Source: Haliotis cracherodii (lineage: Eukaryota). Taken from it: 64,000 nucleotides of DNA. The translations under genes and the position numbers were made by a program. This document shows positions 28,501-40,500 of this stretch, piece after piece (the stretch's first letter is position 1; every line of letters begins with the position of its first letter). The notes under the pieces were generated by a model. That model saw only the letters and a program-made list of their open reading frames with translations. It ran no database searches and was not told the DNA's origin. The stretch spans positions 26,350,001 through 26,414,000 of the forward strand of contig NW_027266267.1 of NCBI RefSeq assembly GCF_022045235.1. Reading direction: 5' to 3'.

Positions 28501-31500
28501 CAATTTGTATTTTATTCTGTTAGTAAGTAAGGAATATGTTCGGACATGTAAAATGTGTTGAGCGATTCAGGAAAAAGTGTGGTACCTCAAAACTTGCACA
28601 AGAAACAGTTTTAGTGTATCATATTGCAATATTGATAACATCAGTCTCCAAATATGATATTAAAAATACTAGCTCACCACTCAAACTTGTCAATGTTCGT
28701 GATTGTCAGATTCCTTATCTGAACATGGGAGACTTATTCTCGTGGGAATTTTGGGTCATCGTACGTCAACGATGTGGATTGTTCCACACAATATCTTTAA
28801 CTGGATTGTGTTGTCCAGACTTGAATAATTACAGGCTGCTGTCATATAGCTTGAATATTGCTGAGTGCATCATTAAACAAAACAACAAAACAAATACCCA
28901 TATGTATATTTACATAGGTATCGGAGACAGTCCCATGTGACTCCCAAATCATACCTGTCCTTTCTGGATGGGTATAAGAATGTGTACAAGGAGAAACACA
29001 CAATCATTGGTGAGATGGCTAGGAGAATGAATACAGGGTTGTCCAAGCTGATTGAGGCAAGCGAGTCTGTCGACCTACTCAGCAAGGAGCTAGTCATCAA
29101 GGAGAAAGAACTGGAATTAGCCAACAAGAAGGCAGACAAGGTAAGATTATCTCAAGACCAGGGCTTGAACATGAATTTGCTAGTCCAAGACTAGTAAAAT
29201 TCACATTGGACTCTTGAAATACACTAATCCCAAGGCTTGTCACAATGAACGATTTAATATCAATTCATTTAAATGAATTTAATTCCCCAGATTTGACACT
29301 TTTGTGCTATAAGTTGTACCATGTTTCTCTAACAGACTGTCAAACCCTTTTCTGAACAATAAAGGCAGGGTCTCTGATAGATGTGAGGTTTCCAATACAT
29401 GCAGGATGATGCCAGATATTATAAAAGAGGTGAATGATGATCTGCATGTAGACACTTTATGAATAGCCAATACCAAATGTGTTATGAATTATTTCAAAGT
29501 TCCGCCCAAAAAAACAACTAAATTGTGCTTAAGACAGGTAAAAAACCAGTGCTGGTAATTCTCAGTGACCAATGACATTTGAGGTCTAAACTTTTTATAC
29601 CAGCTCTCTATACATTTTTAATCTTCTACAAATTTAGCTAGCTGAACGCGCAACAATCTTGGAGGGCTAGTGAAATAAGTTTTGCACTAGTCCTCTGGAC
29701 TTGTTTTTAAAAAAAATGCTCAAACAGTTCTCAATGTTTCAAATTTGTTACAAATTGGAATTGAATAAAACTGACAGAAAATGTAAACATAGTAAACATT
29801 TCGTTTTGTTCAAGCAGGACCAGCTACAAACTGTGGACTAATGAAATAAGGTTTCCACTAGTCCTCTGGGCTGGTGTGTTACACTGCAGCGTTTGAGATA
29901 CTTGGTTGATATTTGTCATTAATTTATGTAGACAATTCATATGCAAACAGGAAAGAGTGAGCTTGACACTATTACTCCCATTCAGAGAAACATTCTGAAC
30001 TTTGTCTCTCATTGAACAAATGTATGATGACTGGTTGTTGCAGAGATAATCAACAAGGTGAAAGGGGTAATAAACATTTATTGTTTCCTCCTTTACTGTA
30101 CAGAGCATAGACATAGTGTTATAGACAGGTAGTTGATGGTGCTGTATTGTCATCAAGGTGTTGGAAGAGGTGACAGTCAGTGCGCAGGCTGCTGAGAAGG
30201 TCAAGGCTGAAGTACAGAAAGTCAAGGACAAAGCTCAGAAGATTGTTGATGAGATCAACTCTGAAAAATCTTTTGCTGAGGAGAAGCTGGAGGCAGCCAA
30301 ACCTGCCCTGAAGGAGGCTGAGGTAGCACTGCAGGTGGGTTGATATGACAGGTGAAAAACAACCAAATCTTACCGAAGCGTTACTAGGATCAGGATACAA
30401 TAAAGGGAAGTAATTTCGTCCGGAAGATTTTGAATCATAACGGTTTTTGTTGTTTGAAATTGATAGAGAAATTAGTAATAAGTATTGAAAGATAAAGGGT
30501 CCTTGTCATAACCCTAATGTTGCGTATTTGAGATTTCTGGGTGCCTTGATTCAAATCTACAGGAGCAAATCTCAAGGACTCCAGGGCCCTCTTTCACAAA
30601 GCGATCTTAGCGCTACGACTATTGTAAGCCTATGTTAATGTATGAGAGTGTATGATCATCTTAGCGCTAAGATCGCTTTGTGCAAGTGGGCCCAGGACCC
30701 CCCCCCATAAATTCAAACAATGATTATAGTAGGGATGGAGGTGTACGCATGTTGTGCACATGCAGGTCATGATGATGACATTAACTAAGCTCCCGTGGAC
30801 ATCAGCATGTACTATTATTAATATTTTTTATTTAACTCACCACTAGAACTCATTTGCCGAGACAGGACATACACATATTCATCGTACTACTTTTCACGGA
30901 CCACCCAATACCCCTTGTTCACAGTGGTACGTGCCAGTAGGCAGACCTCATTCATATTTATTCAGGATTTATTGTCAGGTCACAACTCACTTATCCTGGA
31001 TTAGTAATGTCATGATATGACTATCTCCTGATACAATATGTATCGCAATACTTTGTTCTTAATACAATCGTATATTAATTCGCAACATACATATATATCA
31101 TAGTGCATAAACACTTAAAAAGGCTTGAAACTTCCAGAATATCTGGTCTCATATTTGAAAATAAAAATGTCTCTTTTCAGTTAATACTTTGTTTCAGATA
31201 AGACTGGAGTGTCATCATAAGTATTTTCTGTTATTAAATAAAACAGCAAATCCCCTCTCTGTGAAATGCCACAGATGTGCACCAGAGAATATAATTTCCT
31301 GTCATATTGCACATATATAAGAACATGAAAAATAGAGAATTTGAAAGGAAAGTTTATTATTAACCCTTTTTTGTGCAAAAGAACAAAACACTTGAAGGGT
31401 CTAACTTTATCTGTATTTTTGTTTTAAACACTGAGCACTGTTTTTTCATACACACAAAATAGGACAGATAAAACAATCAGGACCCACCTGCACAAGGCGA

Positions 31501-34500
31501 TCTTAGCGCTAAGATGATCATAACTCCCATACTTTAACTTAGGCTTAAGATAGTCTTAGCGCTAAGACAGCTTTGTGCAAATGGGACCCGGACATAAAGA
31601 TAAGCATTATCCAGTTATATCATGGAACTGTTGTGACAGGTATTGCGAGATTTTCTGCATATTATCATTGTCAAATGTTGATTGTTTTTTTGCCTCTTGA
31701 TAATCCAGACAATCAAGCCATCCGATATTTCCACAGTGAAGAAACTTGGTAAGCCTCCCCATCTCATCATGAGGATCATGGACTGCGTGCTCATCCTGTT
31801 CGGGAAGAGACTTGATAGTGTAACACCAGACCCAGAGAGAGCTTGTCCTAAACCATCATGGGGGGAGTCTCTCAAGGTATGACACATCTTGCCCATGTAA
31901 ACTTGGAACAAAGTTTATTTGTTTGTTTGTTATAACGGTGGACTATTTCATCTATTATATAGTGGTATGTAAATAATCAAGTCCAGACAATAATCTCAAG
32001 CTTCAATCCATGCAGTTGGGATATGATGACATGGCTTCAGCTGTAACTGATCACCCAGTTGATTTTGTTGCCTCATACGACCAGGTTTTCAACTCTGTGA
32101 TTTATACATCTTCAATAACAGTGGACAAGCTAATTGGTTTATTTATGTAAATCTATTAAAATTCAATTCAATTTACATTTGATTTAAAGATACCCGGTAC
32201 CTAATGTTACTTACTGTTATAGATCAAACGTAAAACAAGAGAAGTTACTCTAACCTTATTACCTGAGAACATTTTACAGTGGCTCGCCTGAGAGTGAGGA
32301 CTGACAATACTTTCAAGCTAAATTCTCAGGGAAATGTTTTGTTAGTTTCTTTCTGTTGTTTAACACCACACTCAGCAATATTCCATCTATATGACAACAA
32401 TCTATAAATAATCAAGATGTATTTCAACTGAATGGATTTTGTAAACAAGCTATATGGAAACATAACGCAAGTTCAGTGATAAACTAAATCTGTCAGTTTT
32501 AACCAGGTCTAACAGTTGTTTCCAGTAAGTATCTTTAATAGATATTGATTGAATTTTAATCATTTTGAACTTGATCTATATTATGAATATTAGAGGTGGT
32601 GGTGTAGTCTTGTGGTAAAACATTTGCTCATCACATCAAAGCTTTGTTTCTATTCTCCACATGGGTACAATGTGTGAAGCCTATTTCTGTGTGTGAATTC
32701 CCCTGCTGTAATGTTGCTGGAATATCACTGACAATTTTAACTCACCCAGAACACTTTTTATCCCCCCAGCATATAATGTGGAGGGGATATAGTCATCATC
32801 TGATCTGTCTGTTCATCAAAACTTGGTACATGTATTAATTAGGGGCTGAAGTGGTGCCTTTTGCTATTAAGGAATTTTAAATTATTGTACTCCTGTTTCC
32901 AAGGAAACAAATTTGACTTTAACTCTGTTCATATTGATGTGTACCTGACATAGAAATACAAAGTTCTGAATCTCAATTCAATGGTATATTTTTGATAGTT
33001 CAATAACTACTCTACAGATAGACAGATTTGATAGAAATTCTCTCATCAAGTAGGCCTGAAGTCACTAAAGTAACAGTCAGAGGATGTGTTATTCCGAATT
33101 TGTAGGGATTTGTGATAATCTGATGTCTCTTTTTTTAACAAAGAGTATGCACTACTCCCTTCTGGACAGTGATATTTAATGACACATTATAAGACAAATA
33201 GAGATCTTTTATCCCAACGAGTATCTGTATCTTAAATGATTGTTAATAATGTACCCTTTTTTCCGATCTTTGTTTGTATGTTCAGGCCTCAAAGTTTAAA
33301 TTTTTACCAAGTAGCCATATGGCTACAAGTATTTTTTGCTAGGTAGCCAGTGGTAAAGTTAAGAAGTCAAGCCAATAGTGTAGGTAGCCAAAAGCATTTG
33401 AAATTATCTGTTATCAAATAACTACTTTTATATGTACAAGTCAAAGCACTTGTCTTGGAATTGTATATTAGTGGAAACTGTACTTGAGTTTTGTTATTTG
33501 TGACTCGAACAATGATGCAATCTATGTTACTAGATTATATAGGTATATCCTTGCTTATCCAATAAACTATCAACTAAAATATAATACTAATTACATTAAT
33601 ATTTATGTATTTCAGTTCATTGTTGACTTAATGAGGAATTATTTGCGAGTACAATTAGTAGCAGACATGTTTATTTTTGTGTCTACATATGTGTAGCAAT
33701 AGAATTTAGTCGCCACAAGATATATCACAAGGCAGTCATTTGGCTACCTCTTGAATTTTAGACAGTAGACAAATTGAAATTTAGGTCGCATTGGCGACTG
33801 TTTTAGTCGCAACTTTGAGGCCTGATGTTTTATTTCAAATAGACAATCTGCATCCCTGTTAGCACTTTCATATTAAATTTCCAAATTTTGAGTGAGCTAC
33901 AGAGCAACATGGCTATGTGTTTTATCGAATTGATCTTGAATTCAAGTTTTCTGTTTACAGCTTATGAGTGGCTCTGGCTTTCTGACCAGCTTGCAGACCT
34001 TTGGTAAAGACACCATTACAGGCGAGACTGTAGAGCTGTTGCAGCCCTATTTGTCAATGGAGGACTATTCATTTGAGACGGCTAAGAAAGTGTGCAGCAA
34101 TGTGGCTGGTCTGTTGTCCTGGACCACAGCTATGGCTTTCTTCTACGGTATCAACAGAGAAGTTTTGCCACTGAAGGTGTGTCTTTATTATAATAAGATA
34201 ATACATTATTATCCTGAAGGAAATTTGGGTGGCATCCTAAAAGCATAGAGAAACAAGTAACAGGTTTTAAGTTACTTAGGCTGACAGACACATAAGCACC
34301 ATGTCCAAACGACATAAAAAGCGCTAATCAACAACAAATGAGAAAAGTGTTTCAGAGAGAAGCATGTGAGGCATTAGGGAAGCAGGCTAAAGTCAACATG
34401 ATAGAGATAATAAATTGGTTAAGTACTTTCTCTGTTCTTTTAAAAGTGAATAATTTTTAGATAACGCAACTGGTCATACACTCATTGAGCTTGTGAAATG

Positions 34501-37500
34501 AAAATGCATTACAATAAACATTATTGATATTGTGTATATATGCGTCTTATGACCCACACTTCTCTGCTATGCAATTTGTTCAAGTGTTTTATGTAAGTTT
34601 TCAAATGTGTTACTTGTATTTTTTACTTATCCTTCATTACTCCTTAATGCATTCACTGCTTACCTCATGACAACAAGGACAGTGCAACGGCGATGGTCCT
34701 GGGTGAAGAAATAAAGTTGTTGTTCTGAAGTCCCACTTTTACTGACCACCGCCGTTGGCATGTGACCTTAATGGCACCTAAGGTCACCTTCTTCACATCA
34801 CTGCCTGTCGCGCTACAGCAAGGACGTGGCCCAGCGGAGCACTCCTTTTGGATTAATTTAGATCTTCAGTTTTTGTCTACAATTCTGAAATAAATTTGCG
34901 ATGGGTGATGTATTCCTTTCATATCATATATGATCCCTGATATCTTTTTTTCTGGTTTGGTTGTTTATTTTGAAGTTTTGAAGATTAAATGTTATGTTTG
35001 TTTCAGGCTAACCTGGCCAAGCAGGCAGGACGGTTAGATATTGCCACAAAAGAGCTGGACAATGCCCAAGCGCAGCTAGATGATAAGCAGAGGGAATTGG
35101 ATGTGGTGCAGGCACTCTATGATTCAGCCATGAAAGAAAAACAGGTAATACAACACAGTAGAACATGGTTGTTACTGACATCAGATAATTAATATACACA
35201 TGGTCTAAAGAAGCTAATTCTTACGAAACTTCTTCATCTAATACATCTTTGCCATTAATCCTGTATTTTAGCTTCAGTAACACTAACTAAAATTTTCAGA
35301 TTTTCAACAGACGTCCTCTTCACTGTCAATCACACACAACTAGTTGTTCACAAATTGCATCGTAACCACTCAAGCTATGACATTTGCAATGGCGGGAACC
35401 TCACTTCTTCCCTGTGTGTGCTAGAGTCAACACCTATTGATATAGTTGTAACGATCTGGCACTTGTTAGTTAGCCACATTAATCTAAGATTATTCAAATA
35501 GTTTTCGGGGGCACAGGTGGCCCAGTCGTCTAAGGCGCCGCGATTCGCTGTGCAGAGTTGCGTCCCTTGGACACGCCAGAAACCTATGATTGTGGGTTCG
35601 AATCCCGGTTCACCCCAATTATGTTTCTAGGTTTGTCAGCACCGTACCCGTGCCCGTGCCCGTGCCCGTGGGTTTCACCGAAGTGGTAAACGTCTGAGAC
35701 CTGCATCACTTCGGGCTTTCCTCCCACATTAAAGCTGACACGCCGTGATATAACTGGAATACTGTTAAAAGCGGCGTTAAACCCAACTCACTCACTCACT
35801 CACTCAAATAGTTTTCTCTAAAACAGACCCAGTAAGTAGATATTAATAAGATTGCTAACTGATGTGACGATCACACGCACATGAGTATAAGCTGGTGTTA
35901 GATGTTGCTGTGAGGTCGTAATGGAGTCTCACTTTACTCCCGGTTGCAAGAAGTGTGGTCGGTTTATGATCACATGAGATCCTTATCTTAACTGCATGAG
36001 GTGCAGAGGTTCTACCTCTACATAGGAGGTTAGGTGTGAGTAGTGTGCCAATACTTCAAAGAAAGCCTTGCAAAAGTTAGCTGAGGCTATCACCAAGGCT
36101 AAGAGGCGTGAAGCAGCTAAGAAGAAAGTAGAAGTCATCACCGCAGCCGACACTGTTCAGGCCACTGCCTCATCCCCAGCGCCTCCTCTCTCCAATCCCA
36201 GTCGACCGCCAGCAGAACAACCATTTTCTGCACTCTCTATGAGCATGCTACAAGATCTCTTCAAGCAGCAACAAGACATGATGAAGGCCATGTTTGAGAC
36301 GAGGTTCTCAGCCTTAAATGAGGCAATGAAGAGGATGAGACAGGCAGCTCTCCAGATCAAGAGTCCCCAGGTCAAGAGACTGCATGGGAGACAGCCATCT
36401 GCCTCTGCAACACACACCGTGTAGGGCCTACCCCAGCCGACCGTACCGACCAGCCAACCGTACCAACCAGCCAGCCAGCCAGCCGTCCAACCAACCTATC
36501 AGCCTTACGGCCAGCCAGGATTAAGCTTGCAGGCTTTTCCCTACCGTGATACACAGGCAGCTAGGTCTTCGCTTGGGTCCAGCAGGGAATCGCCAGGCTA
36601 TACTCCCCAGCTAAGACACCGTACAGTCGCCGCATGGACCCCAAGGCAACCCAGCCGACTGACCAGCCGTCCACCCAGCCGACCGTTAAGAAATCGTATG
36701 GTTGCCGCACAAACCCAACGGCAACCCAGCCGACCGTTAAGACACTGTACAGTCGCCACATGGACTCCACGGCAACCCAGCCCGCTGGCTGGCCATCCAC
36801 CCAGCCGCCCGTTAAGACACCGTACGGTTACATTATGGACTCTTTGGTAAACCTATGGACCATCCAGTCGATTGGCCTACCATATGACCTCCATCAACAG
36901 GTAGTACCCGAGCCAGCCGCACGGACCACATGGGACTGCACGGACCACACGGGACTGTCCAACCGACCATTATGCTGACCGAGATGAGCATTACCCTACG
37001 GGACCTGTTGACCACGGGCAGCCATCACAAGCCGCACAGACGTTAATCATACTGGAATCCTGGACACCGGTGGATGAGGAATCACACTGGGAATACATGG
37101 CAGACTACCATGAATATCAACCCCCCACTGGAGCTACCCACGGTCACTGGGAGGTGGAAGCAGAGTATTATGAAGACATTAATCAAGCTGATGACTCACC
37201 CCAGTGGGGTTATACGGAGAGATATACGTTTGTGGAACTCATCGAGGAATTATATCACCTCATGCGTGTACTCCAACCTCCTTTGACAAAAAAATGCGCC
37301 ACCTGAGATGCCGGAATATGGGGGATGTCATGCTCCTAGTTTTGGTCAGTCAAACTACAAGAAATGAGGAGTCAGAGGTGAATGCAGATTCTGACCTCCC
37401 TGCCACCCACTCCGACATTATAGACCCTTTTGACCAAGATATGTCTATGGATTGCGATTTACGCCTACCGTTTTTCAACATATTACCAACTCCGGGACCA

Positions 37501-40500
37501 GTGGGAGGGCGCCTTCTGTCATATGCCGAAAATCCGAAGCAAGTTACGCCGGACCGCTGGATTCTAGACGTCATGGCTAACGGATACAAACTGCTATTCA
37601 AGGAACATCCTATCTTGAAGAATCAACCCTATGGACACAGATTTGATCCAGTCTTAGCCAAGCTAGCGGCAGCAGATCTGTCTGTCAGGAAGCTTTTTAA
37701 GAAGCGAGCCATTAGGAGACTAGCGGAGACCAACAAGACCAAAGGCTTTTATTCTCCGGTATGCCTAGTCCCGAAGAAGAAAACGACCGACATGAGGAAG
37801 ATAATCGACTAAAGATCCTCAAAAAGACATTCCTGAAACCTCCGCCAAAATTCTTGATGTAATCTGTACAGAAGTTATGGTCTAAATTGAAGACAGGAGA
37901 CTGGCTCATCAGCCTTGATCTACATGATGCCTATCTCCACATTCCGATACACTCATCGTCACTGAAATATCTGTGCTTCGTGATCAAAGGTCGGGGTTAA
38001 GAGTTCCAGGTCTTACCATTCAGGATATCAGTAGCAAATATAACGGTAATTCTAGTGAAAGTATCACATATTTGATCGATTCTTGAGACATTCTGATTTT
38101 CAAGGCATCAGGGGGAAATTCGGAGGAAATTTATCTTGAGTTAGGATTAGAATCAGAGAATAATGGTTTCCAGAAGAGATTACTGTCAATTACACAGGGA
38201 GTTAGTAGAGGCAGATCCCATCGGACCCCTGTGGTATATTCTGGCCAAGATGTAATAGAGGTAGAAGTTTCATAAGAATTATCGAACAATGGTTATCATT
38301 GTTAATAATTCTAAGAATACTACATCTATTACATTGGAAGCTAGTACTCCCACCCACCTACCCAATTCACCTACCTCTAGTGGTTAGATGTGGGAAGAAG
38401 TGAGGTTCCCGCCATTGCATACGTCATAGCTTGAGTGGTTACCATGCTACTTGGCAACAACTAGTTCGTCTGTGTAATTGTCAGTGAAGATGATGCCTGT
38501 TGAAAATCTGAAAATTTTAGTTAGTTTGACTGAGGCCAAAATACAGGATTTACGGCAAAGATGTAATAGAGGTAGTATTCTTATAATTATTAAGAATTAT
38601 TATTATCTAGAATTCCAAACTGAGTGACCTAGGATGGCAAATTTGGAAGAAAAAAATTGTTTTGTTCAAAATTGGGATTTTGTGAAAAGTTCTTGTTTTC
38701 TTCATTACCATTGCAGTCAATGCAGTCCATCTATCCGTAATCTTTTCTTTTCCAGATCACAACTCGAAAACCGTTCAAAATTTTTACAAAACATATGGCA
38801 GATCTATCAAACAGATCCTGAAGTGGTACCTTTTGCTATTTGCAGCTTTTGGGCATTTATATTTTTTTTCGATTTCCATGGAAACAATTTGGACTTAGTC
38901 TCAAAAGGGGGTGGTGGATTTTGTTTCCAGAGCACAACTTGTAAAACCATGAAAGACTTTTCATCCATACCTGGTACATATATTAACTAAGGGCTGTAGT
39001 GGTGCCTTTGGCTATTTAGGATGTTTTCAGAATTTCATTTTTCCATTTTCTCATAGAAACCAGTAAGATTTAGCTGAAACAGAGAGAGGTGTCATTTCTA
39101 GAGCAGAACTTAGAAATTTTCATCAAAACTTGGTACATGTATTAATCAGGGGCTGAAGTGGTGCCTTGTGCTATTTAGGAATTTTTAGAAAAATAATGTT
39201 TTCCCCATTTCCATGGCAACAAGTTTGACTTTGACTCTGTTCATGATATGTTTATCTCACCTATCGACACATACTATATTAAGCCTCCTGTTCCAATAAG
39301 CCCATGGCAAATATTGTCATACTTGTGTTACGATAAGATACTTTTTTTCTCTCATTTTTGTGTGAAATTCTCCATTTTCTGGATGGCCCAAAAATCTAAG
39401 CATGTACGTATGAATGCTTGGGGAATCCATGGTAGACAAGGTTTTGTGAGTAACAAACAAGGGATAATATGAAAAAAATCAGCAATCCATGGAGTTTTTT
39501 ATTATCCTGTTTTACTGTAGCTCCTTGAGGGTGTGCTCTCAACTGGGTATCCTTGACCAGTAGCATGTTGTATGAGTGAACAGTTTTCAAATATGTGAGT
39601 TCTTTGGGGAAGTTGAAGTGTTGGATTACTGATGTTATTTCATGTTTGACTTAAGGAACTGATGGATGATGCTGAGTCTTGTAGAAGGAGAATGACAGCA
39701 GCCTCAACTCTTATTGGAGGTCTTGGAGGAGAAAAGACCAGATGGACGTCTCAAAGCAAAGAGTTCAAGACTCAGATTGACAGGTAGTCACTTTCATATA
39801 GCTGGATCCATGTTACTGTATAAATTGAATTGAAATATTCAAGGGGTCCTTATCATAACCCTAATGTTAGAACGTAAAGATTCCTGGCCTCTAGATTCAG
39901 GGTTTGCCCCAACCTTTTAAAACTGGGGGTCATTATGACTCCTTAGGTGTAATACAGGGAGTCATATGTCTTTCAAAGGGGGTCATATTAATAAAACACT
40001 AATTGATGTTACATATCATAATGATAGGAAATACAACTACCCCACTAGGCAACTATTGAAACTTCTTTCTGATAGCGTCTGAGACCTGCATCACTTCGGG
40101 CTTTCCTCCCACATTAAGCTGACACGCCGTGATATAACTGGAATACTGTTAAAAGCGGCGTTAAACCCAACTCACTCACTCACTCACTCTTTCTGATTGG
40201 CTGCAACTGAGAGCTTGCCAGTAGGTCTGTTCCATTTTTAGACATTAGGATTTCCAACATTAGACAAAGCTGATATCAGTCATATTTTATTGTCAAGGGA
40301 TATGTCCTTTTCAAATATTAATGTTTCGACCATATAGTGCAATTGATTGATTTTGACTGTCTGAATGATCTGCATCTTCTTGACTGATGCAATGGAGAAA
40401 TGATATTGCGTATTTTCTCCTTAGATTGAGTCAAATACGCAGGTTTTTTGCATCAGGGCAAACCCTGCTCTAGATCAACTACTATAGCAGAAATCATCAA

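Noticed and set aside
27169-31911. Minus-strand ORFs (27169, 28873, 29824, 30119, 31615; also 49765, 51348, 59975) as an antisense gene
   Set aside because: They mirror the dynein exons, a typical stop-poor antisense shadow of coding sequence
35507-35610. tRNA gene (also 5202-5310, 6878-6960)
   Set aside because: A/B boxes are present but I could not fold a cloverleaf; each continues into a SINE body with tail, and the 35507 copy has a TSD
36068-37812. Host gene with Pro/Arg/Thr-rich repeats
   Set aside because: Lies between DIRS ITRs; decayed gag and RT start, homologous to 7880-9560
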